Position numbers and translations under genes: made by a program | Assembly (NCBI GenBank): GCA_001643675.2 | Contig: LSRY02000066.1 | Coordinates: 271,015-335,014 of the forward strand | Direction: 5' to 3' | Source of the DNA: Monocercomonoides exilis PA203 | Taxonomy: Eukaryota > Protista > Preaxostyla | DNA: 64,000 bases | Notes under the pieces: model-generated | The model's input: the letters and a program-made list of their open reading frames with translations, nothing else | Database searches by the model: none | Told to the model about the DNA's origin: nothing | Part shown: positions 40,123 to 51,176 of the stretch, piece after piece | Numbering within the stretch: position 1 is the stretch's first letter | Layout: the number at the start of each line of letters is the position of its first letter

Positions 40123-43100
40123 ATGAAACTGGAACATTTTCTCTTTTTCATCGTAATTTTATTTTCAAGAGCAATTGAAAATGTTCCTTCAAATTTACAC
40201 AATGACTTATCAATTGTTAAATCAGCATTCACACTGTATAATTCAACTTTACAACTTATTTCGTGTAATCAAGCACAATTACCTGATGCATTTTGTTCAG
40301 TCGTGAAAGACAATTCAAATTTGTGCATTCGAAATTCCGTTCTCAATTACAATGGACATTTGCATTCTTGTATTTATCTGAACAAAGGAACGACTGTATT
40401 TGAATCTGTGAATGTATCTTATCATTTCAACAACAATGCTTTTGGATCTCTGATTTTCTTGGAATCGGTAAACGATAATGCTGTTATAACTGATGTACTA
40501 TTTCAGGATTTATTACAATATTCTGATAACATTCCGATTCTAGCTGATGGCTCTGGTACTATTCAAACAAAAGATTGCTCATTCAGAAATATTACTACAT
40601 CAAAAAAAGAAAAATATAACGACCTAAAAAGTGCAATCTCTATACATGAACGTGCTATCTTTGCTATGGAATTTGAACGATGCCTGTTTGAAAGAAGTCA
40701 TAATGAATTTTCATCGTTATTGTGCAGAATGAATCATCAGTCGAATCATTTTTTCGGTTGTAATGGAACATTTATTGGAAATGATGAATGCCCCACTGGA
40801 GATGTCACCGTTGATCAATCTGTTAATTTAAAACAATGTACTTGGAAAGATAAAAGAATTGAAGTCCAAACAAAAAGCGATGAAGGAATCATATCAATGG
40901 TAGATTGCGAATGGGAAAACTGCGAATCTGATAAGAAAAATGGAGGCGGCGTTGAATTTAAGAAAGCCAAAGAATTACATTTGCTTGGATGTGAATTCAA
41001 GAGATGTAAAAGCAAAAAATACGGTGGTGCTGTTTATATATCGAATGAAATATGTAACTCACAGATAAATTTATGCGTTTTTGAAAAATGCAGCTCTTTA
41101 ATCGGTGGAGGGCTATTAATAAGCGAAGGTGTGAAGTGCAGACTCGTTGATTGCTTGTTTCTTGAATGCGTTGCAGATGATAAAGGGAGTTTTAATGATG
41201 AAAGCAAGCCATATTTAAACAGTGGTGGCGGAGTGGCGATGATCATAAAAGATTCCAACAGCGATCTATTGCTTGGCTCTGATACTTTGCATTCGCTCTC
41301 AAACGAAAACGAAAAACTTGCTTCCTTCTCCAATTGTCTGTTTATAAACAACAGTGCAGCTTCAAAAAAAGGTGATGATGTATTTTTGGTTAGCTCTTCA
41401 CTTTTTAACGACAAATCCGAAACAAGCAGAACCGGAAGAAAGGTTCATAATAGCATTAATATATCAGAAAAGGTGAATTTTCATGATTGCTTTGCAAGCA
41501 ATCAAGAGCTTTATTACGCAGTAAGTCACATACCAATTGATAATAAACATTCTTCTGTGTTTTTCATGTCTTCTGTTGAATCGGAGTCTCTTGTAATGGA
41601 AAATTTCATTAAACATCAAAATGCAGTTAAAGTAGATCCAGAAAATGGTCAGGACGATGCTGAAGCTTGCATTATTGGGGGGGAAAAGCCTTGCCAAACA
41701 ATCGAATATGCAATTGAAGAAGCTGGAAAAAACAATAAGAAGAAACAAGAAACTCCAGGAAAAACAACAGATACTTTAAATTCTCCAGATATTTCTACAA
41801 AGCAGGAAAGAATAATTGGGATGAGATCAAATGAATCAAGAAGGAATATACCTTTAGTTATCAGTCTGTCAAAAGCGGATCATATCGTAGTCAAGAAAAT
41901 TGATATTTGTGATGGAATTGCGGTTCTGAGTGGAAATGATAAAAGCAACAAAACGAAGAATCCAGATGAACAAAAAGAGCAGAAAGTAACTTTGCATTTG
42001 AATATTTCCAAATCATCTGCTTCATCTTCTTTACGTTATTCAAAAAATTATGATGATTTTATCTCTTCAGACAGTTTCTTTGATGAGACTTTGAATCAAT
42101 CAAAACTTCAAAGAATGACATTTAACCGGCTGAGAAAGCAATTCGAATTTGCATCACAAAACGATGAAAGAGCCGAAACAGAAGGAGACAGTGCGGGGCC
42201 TAAGGACAGCACAGGCAAAGAAGGGAGTCCCGAAGGCCAGCAGCAAAGTTCTCACAGACATCAAGACGCTGCTGTGACTGTCGGCGACGGACAATTCAAA
42301 ATTGAATTTATGGACATTGTTGCCGAAGCAGCCAAGCAAAAGCATTCTTCAGGTTATTCTGCACGTTCTCATGCAAACACAGACGAACAAACAAAATTGC
42401 TGATTTCTTTAAACCCGACTGCGACAAATGCATCGAGCACTCCTCTTCTTCATCTTTTAAATGTTTCCATTACTCTTTCAGATCAACTGCCATCAACTTT
42501 CCTTCTGACTTATCCTCTTCTGTCTTCAGCTGGTGGAGTGCTTGTGATGGATAACACTTCCATTTCTGGATTCTCTTTCCAAAACTATCCTTTGATTCTG
42601 TTCACTTCAGATGTTATTTCGTCTTCTACTCCTTCTTCTTCTTCTTCTTCGTTTGTATCATCGTCAATTCGATCAACCCAAAATCCATCCACTTCTTTGC
42701 TTTATCGTCCCTTTTTGCGCATCAACTCCTCAACAATCAGCAACATTGTGCGACATCGTGGAGACGGTGCTGCTGTTTCTGCGTTGATTGGAAAGGGAGT
42801 GAAAGCAGAGATTGACAACACACTCATCAGCGATTGCAGCGTGCAGCTTGGCTCTTCTGGCGCGTGCCTGTTCTATCTGGAAAAGGGAGCTTCATTGAAC
42901 ATTCCAGGCTCAAAGAGCGAAGAGGGAAAGGAGGGAAACAACGAAGAAAAATATGGGCTGGTTGTGAAGAGTTGCTCGGCACAAGAATTTGGTGGAGGAG
43001 TTTCTGTTGTTTTGGACGATGGAGACGAAGAGGCTCCTCAGTCTGACAGAAACGACCAAGCTGAAAGCACAAACGAGAAGGAAGACAAAGAAATAGACGA

Positions 43101-45369
43101 AAAAGCGCTAGATAATTTGGACGAGCCGAAAGTTGCAGAAGATAAACGTATAACTCTTTCTCTCTCTTCTCTGTCGTTTTCTCAATGCTCAGCTCAAAAG
43201 GGCGGAAACTTCTTTGTTTTGTGGACGCATTTGCCTTCAATCACGCCAGCATCTCCTTCTCCTTCTTTCGATGGATCAACTTCTGCATTCTCGTTGGCAT
43301 CGTCTTCATCCGACCAATCTGAAGCACAGCCATATTTTTATCTTTCATCGTCTCTGAATTCGTCCCTTTCGTTCATTCAGAAACTGAATGGCATCACTTC
43401 GAGAGATCTGCTGTGCCTGTTCAATCCGAAGCAACAAAAGAACTGGAGTCAGGCTGATTTGTATGCTCTTTTAGCACCGCTGTCCGTTGTATACGTTGGA
43501 AAAGCTAAAGAAGGAGCAGAGAAGGAAGTGAAGTGCAATGAAACAACAGAAGAAGTGCCTTGTCTAAAAGTGAATGAGGCGGTGAATGAATTATTGAAAA
43601 TGAAAGGAAAGAAGAAGGTTGTTGTTGTGAGCAATGACGCTGAGCTGTTGGATGACAAAGTGGTTATTGACTGTGCAACTGTTGAAGGCAAAGACGAGAT
43701 GAAGGAGCTTAAAATAGTTGAGAAAAAGATTACAGAAAACGAAGATCCGACAATTGGTTCGTTTCTGTTTGATTGCAAAAATGATGCAAATTTTACTTCT
43801 CTGAAAATAGCTCTGAACGAAAAGGTGCAAAAAAGAGAGGCCTTCTTTGGCTGCATTCATGGCTGTCTCACCCTCATAAGAGTCCAGCTTCTTCATCCTT
43901 TTGTTCAAAAAGTTAATTCTGCTTCTTTGAATGCTCATTCTTCAGCTCTGGTTTACGAGCCTTTATCTTTCATGAAGGCAATTGAACTTCATTTTGGTTT
44001 TCTTCAAGTTGATGGTTGCTCTTTCTCGTTTCCATCGTGTTCTAATAGCATTGGCTCAACTTTGTGTGCTATTTCTTCTCATATCTCCATCAATTCCACT
44101 GTATTCACTTCACCTTCCTCTCCTCCATCATCATCCTCTTCTTCTTCTTTCTCTTCTTCTTCCATTATTATGCCATCGCTTCCATTTTCTTCATCATTCT
44201 CTTCGGTTTCTTTGCCTCTTTCTTCTCAAAGTGCTCCTTCGCATACCTTTGTCTGTGCGACAGATTCATTTTCGTGGAATTCCTCGCAGCTGTTCTTAAA
44301 TAACTCTGTTACGCACATTTCGAACACAGCAATAAAAGGGAACGCCAATGGAGCCATTTTCATCTCGTCTGGCTCGCTTGCACTGACAAATGCTTCTTTC
44401 ACAGAGAACAATCCGCTTCTCGACAAATATCCCTCATTTCGTCGAAATTTGATGTGCGAAAATGGTGCTGTTGATATGAAAAGCGCAGGAGAAGGAGACG
44501 GGAAGAAAAGTGACGATTGCTTGTGGTTTATGAGCGACAACTGCAAAATGAAAGGAGTTTTGGAGCAAAAAGATTCGTTCTTCTTCATTCCTCAGCTTTT
44601 AAATGTGGAAATGGAACTTTTGAAAGAGGAAGAAAAATCTGACGACAAAAAAACGAGGAAACAAAAAGTTCCGCTGCTGCACTTGCTCAGCGCTCAGAAT
44701 GATGAGAAAGAGAAAGAGAAAGAAGAGAAAGAAAAAGAAAAGCCAAAAGAACAAAATGCGATTGTAAAATTAATTGGAAAGAACTTTATTCCTTGCAACG
44801 CCATCTTGGAGATTATAATTGGCTATGAATCTACTCAAACAAAATCATTGTGGAAAATTAATGTGCAAAATGAAACTTATGCAACAACTGTAATACCGAT
44901 TTCTGCTATTCAAGTACCAAAAACACAAAGGAACTCGTTCCCATCTTCTTTAAGCGCGCCTTCATCATCGTTATTTTATTCGCTGAATTCTTCTGAGGAT
45001 CTGTCCAGTTCTTCTTCAACAAATTCTGCGAGTGGAAAGAGTATTTCTTCAAATGGTGCATCAATTTCTGTTCATATGTTATTTTGGGTTGACGAAATGT
45101 CAAAAAAGCGAACACGAACTTACACAATGAAAAATGGAAAATATTTTATTGCTCCGTCGACTGAAGATGATGATGCTGATGATCTTTCATATACTTCTGT
45201 GCTTTGGTATGTTACCTTTGTTGCAATGTGTGCCTTTTCAGTCGCAGCTGTTTTGTGGAGATTTAAACTGAAAAGAGATGAAAAGAATAGAGGGCAAAAT
45301 TCAGAAAGAGAAGCAAACTTTAGCTCGTTGGAAGAAGCTCATGCAAAACTAAGTTTAAGAAAAGACTGA
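40123..45369 (+). CDS. 1748-aa type I membrane/surface protein with pectin-lyase-like right-handed beta-helix repeats
   Basis: N-terminal signal peptide, repeated F..C.....GGAV/GGG motifs, PC.TI.YAI motifs and a C-terminal TM helix (VLWYVTFVAMCAFSVAAVLW). Intronless. Confidence 0.8.
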   Translation: MKLEHFLFFIVILFSRAIENVPSNLHNDLSIVKSAFTLYNSTLQLISCNQAQLPDAFCSVVKDNSNLCIRNSVLNYNGHLHSCIYLNKGTTVFESVNVSYHFNNNAFGSLIFLESVNDNAVITDVLFQDLLQYSDNIPILADGSGTIQTKDCSFRNITTSKKEKYNDLKSAISIHERAIFAMEFERCLFERSHNEFSSLLCRMNHQSNHFFGCNGTFIGNDECPTGDVTVDQSVNLKQCTWKDKRIEVQTKSDEGIISMVDCEWENCESDKKNGGGVEFKKAKELHLLGCEFKRCKSKKYGGAVYISNEICNSQINLCVFEKCSSLIGGGLLISEGVKCRLVDCLFLECVADDKGSFNDESKPYLNSGGGVAMIIKDSNSDLLLGSDTLHSLSNENEKLASFSNCLFINNSAASKKGDDVFLVSSSLFNDKSETSRTGRKVHNSINISEKVNFHDCFASNQELYYAVSHIPIDNKHSSVFFMSSVESESLVMENFIKHQNAVKVDPENGQDDAEACIIGGEKPCQTIEYAIEEAGKNNKKKQETPGKTTDTLNSPDISTKQERIIGMRSNESRRNIPLVISLSKADHIVVKKIDICDGIAVLSGNDKSNKTKNPDEQKEQKVTLHLNISKSSASSSLRYSKNYDDFISSDSFFDETLNQSKLQRMTFNRLRKQFEFASQNDERAETEGDSAGPKDSTGKEGSPEGQQQSSHRHQDAAVTVGDGQFKIEFMDIVAEAAKQKHSSGYSARSHANTDEQTKLLISLNPTATNASSTPLLHLLNVSITLSDQLPSTFLLTYPLLSSAGGVLVMDNTSISGFSFQNYPLILFTSDVISSSTPSSSSSSFVSSSIRSTQNPSTSLLYRPFLRINSSTISNIVRHRGDGAAVSALIGKGVKAEIDNTLISDCSVQLGSSGACLFYLEKGASLNIPGSKSEEGKEGNNEEKYGLVVKSCSAQEFGGGVSVVLDDGDEEAPQSDRNDQAESTNEKEDKEIDEKALDNLDEPKVAEDKRITLSLSSLSFSQCSAQKGGNFFVLWTHLPSITPASPSPSFDGSTSAFSLASSSSDQSEAQPYFYLSSSLNSSLSFIQKLNGITSRDLLCLFNPKQQKNWSQADLYALLAPLSVVYVGKAKEGAEKEVKCNETTEEVPCLKVNEAVNELLKMKGKKKVVVVSNDAELLDDKVVIDCATVEGKDEMKELKIVEKKITENEDPTIGSFLFDCKNDANFTSLKIALNEKVQKREAFFGCIHGCLTLIRVQLLHPFVQKVNSASLNAHSSALVYEPLSFMKAIELHFGFLQVDGCSFSFPSCSNSIGSTLCAISSHISINSTVFTSPSSPPSSSSSSSFSSSSIIMPSLPFSSSFSSVSLPLSSQSAPSHTFVCATDSFSWNSSQLFLNNSVTHISNTAIKGNANGAIFISSGSLALTNASFTENNPLLDKYPSFRRNLMCENGAVDMKSAGEGDGKKSDDCLWFMSDNCKMKGVLEQKDSFFFIPQLLNVEMELLKEEEKSDDKKTRKQKVPLLHLLSAQNDEKEKEKEEKEKEKPKEQNAIVKLIGKNFIPCNAILEIIIGYESTQTKSLWKINVQNETYATTVIPISAIQVPKTQRNSFPSSLSAPSSSLFYSLNSSEDLSSSSSTNSASGKSISSNGASISVHMLFWVDEMSKKRTRTYTMKNGKYFIAPSTEDDDADDLSYTSVLWYVTFVAMCAFSVAAVLWRFKLKRDEKNRGQNSEREANFSSLEEAHAKLSLRKD

Positions 45370-46385
45370 ACTGTCATTCATAAGATTGCAATTTTTTTTT
45401 AATACTTTCATGCACTTCTGGATTAATAACATTTGTTGAGTCATGATCAAATCTCGTTCAGTGTTGAAGTGATATGATTCATTTTATTTTCTTGAATAAA
45501 TTCCATTTAATTATGAATTACAATTATATTTAATTGATAAAAAAGTGAAATCGAATCATACAATGTTCATTTATTGTTTTCAAACTTTCATTATAATAAT
45601 TTCAAATTTATTCAGATATATTTTTCCACTGCAAATATTGATATTGATGTCTCCAAATTCCAAGAAAAAAAAATAATAAAAAAATGTTTCTATGATTCCT
45701 AATCTTTGCCTCAACTTTTTGAGAAATATGCTTCTTCCACTATCTTTTCTTCAATGAGCAAATACAAGTAACCGCACACTTGGGAAGAAACGGCTTGCAT
45801 TCATCATAACTCAATATATATTTATATATATATATTCAAAAGAAACTATTTCTTCTTTGAGAAATGTCAATTATGATAAATAATTACTTTTTTCCTTCTT
45901 TCTCTGATTTGTTTTCTTTGGATTTATTATTTTACAAATTACAAACACTTTCACAATTATCATTCGAAATAAAAAGAAACCATTTTCCACATATCCAAAT
46001 TGCATGCTACACTTTGAAATTAAAATAAAAAAATTAAACTACTCAAAGGAAACTGATGAACAATTGTCATTAATGTTTTGAATGATTAATGTGCAATCAA
46101 AGTTGTACGGGATAAAAATATTTGAAAAATTTCAAGATGAATTCATCCATCTCATTTCCAGTTAATTATTGAAAATGATTTGATCTTTACCTCCATAACT
46201 ACAAGAGTGATAAGATAAAGTTTAGCTTTGTTCCATAGTTATAAAACAAAAGTACAAATACAGAAAAGGATGGTATGCACGCTGAGATTTGAGTGAATGT
46301 GCAATATTTTTCCATTTTTGTAATTATCTTCTATTCAAACATTCACTCATTCAATTGGAATGATATAAACGTCATTCTTTACTGA

Positions 46386-47840
46386 ATGCAATGCTTTTGC
46401 AAATATACAGGCGAAGAATATCGTTAATAGTTATTCTGGTTTACTACAATTATTATATTAGAATTCTTGTTGATCCCATTTCTTTGAATATTTTTTGAAG
46501 AATTGTTTTCCGAGCTGGTGCATTGCGATGAGAATGAACAGAAAGTTAAAACAGAGGAAATGAATACACTAATGGACGGCATGGATGAAAAAGAATTCAA
46601 ATATGTTTTCACAAAAGAATTGTTCGACAAGATATACAGATTGATTGAAGATAAGAAATTATCTGTGGAAGCCTCCGTTTCGATATTGAAATGTGTTGGA
46701 TTTTATAGATTAATGAAGCACAGCGAATGCAATCTTTTTTCTTTTTCTAAGTTGAACAGAAGATTAGAAAACATGATTGTAGATGAAAATACGAAAAATG
46801 GAAAAAAGAATGAAAAACTACTGATTGACCTTTGTGAATGTTATTTAACACTGAACGATTGCCTACACTTTAACAGAGAACTTTTTCCAATTATCTTGCC
46901 TTGTCTTTTGAAGGCTTCATTGAACAAACAGGAAAGCAATAAATCTAAAATAGAAGTGGAAACAGCATTGTTTGATTTGAGTAACGTTATCGAATATTAT
47001 GTATGAGCATTTTTATTTCATTTTTGATTTTATTGATATTTTTCTTTCTTTCTCTCTCTTTTTTTAAAGAAAGTGAATCAAGAACTTTACTTAGATGAGA
47101 TCAAGGAGATCATAAAATATCATCAGAAACACAGAAATCTGACACGACTTGCATATCAGTCTGCTTGGAAGTTTTTGATTTATCGATTACTATATGATGA
47201 AAATTTAACTTATGTTATTGTGTATGAATTGCATTTTGTGACAGATGCGGAAAAAGAACTCGAAGAACTGATAAAATGTGATAATAGGAAGAGAGAGGAA
47301 GAAGAGAACAAAGATAGAAAAGCAGAATTGAAAAAGGTGAATATAATACCAAAATGGATTCGTATCTTTTGTTCTTTTTTTAGCCGCTGTGTGTTTTGGA
47401 CTGAAGAATATGCTGGACTGGTTCGTTGTCTTGCCAAGTTATGTAGAACCACCAGAGAGAATGAAAGTGAAATATATGGAGAATGCATTTCTTTGTTTTG
47501 GGATATGATTCGAAACAAAACGTCAACTCTTGCCATTTTGATGAAGGAAGGAGTTGTTGAATTGATATCAGAGGATATTCAACAATCAACATTGAATGAC
47601 GAAAGAACAAGCTATTGCTTTAGAATTTTTTTGGAAATATCAAGAAGATTGGAAGCAAAAATGGATTACGAAACGGATGAAGAGAAAAGAAAATCAACAA
47701 AAAATGAGATGCTTAAAATTGCAGAAGAAGAAGGATATGAAGATATTATCGCAAGCTTTCGTGAAATAATTCCGTTTTTAAACAAAAAATGTTTTACTGC
47801 ATTGTCTGTCGAATTGGCAGATTATTGTTTGAATGTTTGA
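46386..47840 (+). CDS. Member of a lineage-expanded helical hypothetical protein family (LFSEL..C.E.EQ..K..EMN type); intron 47001-47069; start tentative
   Basis: A GT-AG intron joins ORFs 46503-47006 and 47073-47840 in frame. The motifs EIKEIIKYHQ.HRNLTRLAYQSAW and EEEGYED resemble a Monocercomonoides family as I recall it; this was not searched. Confidence 0.7.
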
Positions 47841-50299
47841 GGAAATGAAATGAGTTTTATTTTATAACTCAATTTAATTTTCTTTTCCTATTTTCATTGT
47901 TTGACGATTCGTCAAAACTTTGGAAATATTTGCTTTTTTAAGAAGAGATTTTTGTAATGATTTATCAGATAAATTATCAGATAATCTTGTAAATGTTCGA
48001 GTAAATAAGATGTTATTAATTATGTAACTCAAAAGCATTGTATTTTTCTTTTTATTTCATTTTTCGTTTCAGTTAACAGCTGTTTAGAAGTTTTTTTAGA
48101 GTTTTTTTTCAACAAGTCTTTGAAAGGAATCAAAATAACAAAAAGAGAAAAGCACAAATTTTTATTCAATTGGTTTCTTTTATCATCAAAAATCTATTTC
48201 TAATGAATTGTTGCATCAATTTTTTTATGAAATGCTCTAAAAAACTCAAAGTTCACTGATTCTGCAATTGATAATGAGAGTCTCCCATTATCTCCTTTCC
48301 ACGTCATTGTTTCAGCTGCTTCATTTGCATTCGACAGATTTCTGGGAATCCAAAGAACCCAAGAAGACTGAAGAAGTTGGCGATAGAAAAGAAGAGCTGT
48401 GAATCGATATGCACTAAAAGAAGAATAAGCCCACTATTTATGTAATATTGAATGTATTTCAATGAGAAGAACAATGAAAGCTTGAAACGAAGAAATTCAA
48501 TTATCATTCATTAATCAAAATATGCTAAATTGGAAAAGCATAGAATATGAATGATTTATCTTCTTTTCTTCACAACTCCGATTCGTCTTTGGCAAATGAC
48601 TTTACGCTGTTTGTGAATACTCTTTGCTCTTCAGTTTTCCTTCCAAAAAGCATAAAGCCTTTTTACCGATCACAGCAGATGTTTGTTTGTCGTGCCTTTA
48701 AAGACCTCTTTCATAATACTAATTAATGATTCCTGGCTTTCCTTCATCGGACTCATTCGGAAATTGTGGAGCATATAACAGATTCTTTTGCGAAATTGAT
48801 GTGATTTCTCAATTCTCTTCAATTTCCTTAATTCCCTTTTGTTGGACTTCCATTTCAGTTTTATGTTTTGTACGAGTAGATTGATAAAATTTATTTATTT
48901 CCAGCCACGATAAATGAGTATTGCAAATATTTTTCTGTTGAACATAAATGAACAAAAAAAACGTTCAAACAACTTGAACTGTGCAATTTTGAAAGAATAG
49001 TTTGCATAAACGTTGGAGTATTCTAAAAAACTTTCTTCCATGTAATTTCCTTCGATCAAGAACAATTCAGCAGTAGCAGCTTCTGTGTTTTTAGACAAAG
49101 CCAATTTATATCGCAGGAAACTTGATACGTCTGGTGGGTATCCAGTGTAAATTGTAGTACAGCTTCAAACTTCTTTTCCGAGTTGATTAAAAATTCTGTC
49201 ATTAGCAAATTTGAATCGTCGAAAATATTTTCCGCTTTTGAAAGCTAAAAAAGTTCAATTAAGTTGTCTTGAGCAATAACATCCAAAATTCTTGGGAATT
49301 TTCATGAGAGTAATCGACCTGTGTGTCATTATATGTCAAAAATTATATAAATACAATACTTTTCAGAATAGGTAAAGTTCGACCTCCAGAAAATCACGTA
49401 AAAATAAGCATGCATTGTATATTCTAGAAGTGCATTTTCATCGTCCTACGGTGAAATTTTTGCATCACTCGAACACTCCAGATTAAAAGAATTCTCACGC
49501 TGTTGTAGCAAAAGGTCATGGATTTTTGTTGTTGATTAATTATGAAACATGACTCAGATATTCCAGATTGAAATTTGAAGAGGAAAAAAAGTGTCCATTC
49601 TTCAATCAAAATTGTCTAATAATGAATGCAAAGGAAAAGTCATAATAAAAGAACGAAAACTGGTTATATGCATGACATAGTAAATAAAAGACAGAATACA
49701 ACTGAAATATTCAACGAATTAGTAAAATATTATCATCTTATTTGCGTTGCTGTTGTTTTCACTAAATTATGTTATCTAGTATGTATCATGATCATATTTT
49801 CATCGAAATAATTCATGATAAAAACATTTCATTTTCACAAATATTACTCTTTATAAAACATAGAAGATGATATTGTATGGCTTTTTGACCATTAATAACA
49901 TGTTGAAGAGAAAATTCTCATTCAAATTTGTTCTTGTTTTTTGTTCAATTATTTTACTCGGAAATTGTAAAGATAAATGAGAATATTGGTAAAGGGGTCA
50001 TGCCTGAGAAGGACGGATTAGACGAATCCATGTTATCAGAGGGCTGTGCGTCTCAGAGTGTTTTGTTTGCACGATTTACTGAGGCTTAACTCTGAATATT
50101 GTCCACTAATTTATTCTTTTTTTTTTTTGATTAAGTATCTGAAGAAAAAAAAGTCCGTTAAATAACTCTCCCCACAAGTAAATGTTTTAAAATTCATAGA
50201 TATTCTCTTTTCAGCTTGAAAACGTATGAATGATTGAATATAAAAACATTGAAAAAAAAAACATTAACGACGGATGATTGGAATGCCTTAATAATACCA

Positions 50300-51176
50300 T
50301 GGATGAAGTACTACCCCCCAAAAAACAGTTTTTTTATTTTTTGGGAAAGGAAAAAATAAATGGAAATTTGAGGGAATCCAATGTGGGAAAAAGTTTGAAT
50401 GGATGAAACTTTTTTGAGTCAAAAATTAATAATTTCAAAAAATAAGTTTCTATCCTCCCCTTGAGAAGAACTCCTTCAAAGATATGATGATATTAATCTT
50501 ATTGGTTAATATTCATCATTTCTTTGAAGTTTTTTTGAGTCAATTTTTTGACTTCAAGAAAAAAAGTTTCTTTTCCTCCTTTAAAGGAGATAAAAGAAAC
50601 ATCTTCAAAGATGATGAAAGAGTGCGTTAATCATGTTTATCATGATTGCACATTGCTTTAGTCATCATTTCTTTGAAGTATTTTTTGACTAAAAAATTGA
50701 TAATTTCAAAAAAGTTTCAGACTTCTAAAAAAACAGAAAAAAAAGAGGAGAAAAATAAAGGAATAAGGAAGAAACTACCTCGAGGGGTAGGGGCCGCGCG
50801 ACAAACGCGGCAAAAGGTCGGGGAGCGAAAGCGACCGAACTTTTGCCGTGTGGCGCGTCGGCCATTGGGTGGGACTCTTTTCTCCTCATCAAAAGTGATT
50901 TTTTCTTTGATTTGACCCCACCAAATTGTTCATCCAATTATGTACAATTTTGAGGGTTTTCAAATTTTCATTGAAAATTTTTGCCTCTCCCCCCCTAAAT
51001 TATTATTGATTTATTACTTGTGACTTTAAAAAGTTTTTTTAACTCTTTTTCTTCTATTTTTCGCGAGATGGATGAATATCTGCGCGCAGGAATGATGTGC
51101 GCAGATTTCATCCAGCGAGCGCTACCGGAGTAGTAGCGCGAGTGATGTGACATTGACCTCGCGGTTAGCGAGAAAA
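50300..51176 (+). other. Hairpin-dense non-coding element (candidate structured RNA or ssDNA element)
   Basis: About ten stem-loops, including GC-rich hairpins at 50792-50863 and 51069-51114 and a (H1-H2-H3)x2-H1 hairpin array at 50405-50720. Confidence 0.55.

Noticed and set aside
3773-47840. Alternative genetic code (TAA/TAG = Gln, as in some oxymonads)
   Set aside because: GFAT ends at TAA exactly after the conserved VTVE, and long ORFs contain no in-frame TAR codons.
48240-49900. Possible transposon or gene remnant
   Set aside because: Only short broken ORFs, with no transposase, RT or integrase motif recognised.
50775-50880. SRP helix 8, group II intron domain V, HDV-like or hammerhead ribozyme identity for the GC hairpin
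   Set aside because: Only partial resemblance. The required motifs (AGG..GNRA..AGCA spacing, AGC triad with bulge, P2/P3 pseudoknot, CUGAUGA core) are absent.
50985-51000. CCCTAA as a telomerase RNA template
   Set aside because: A single repeat without the alignment extension a template needs.
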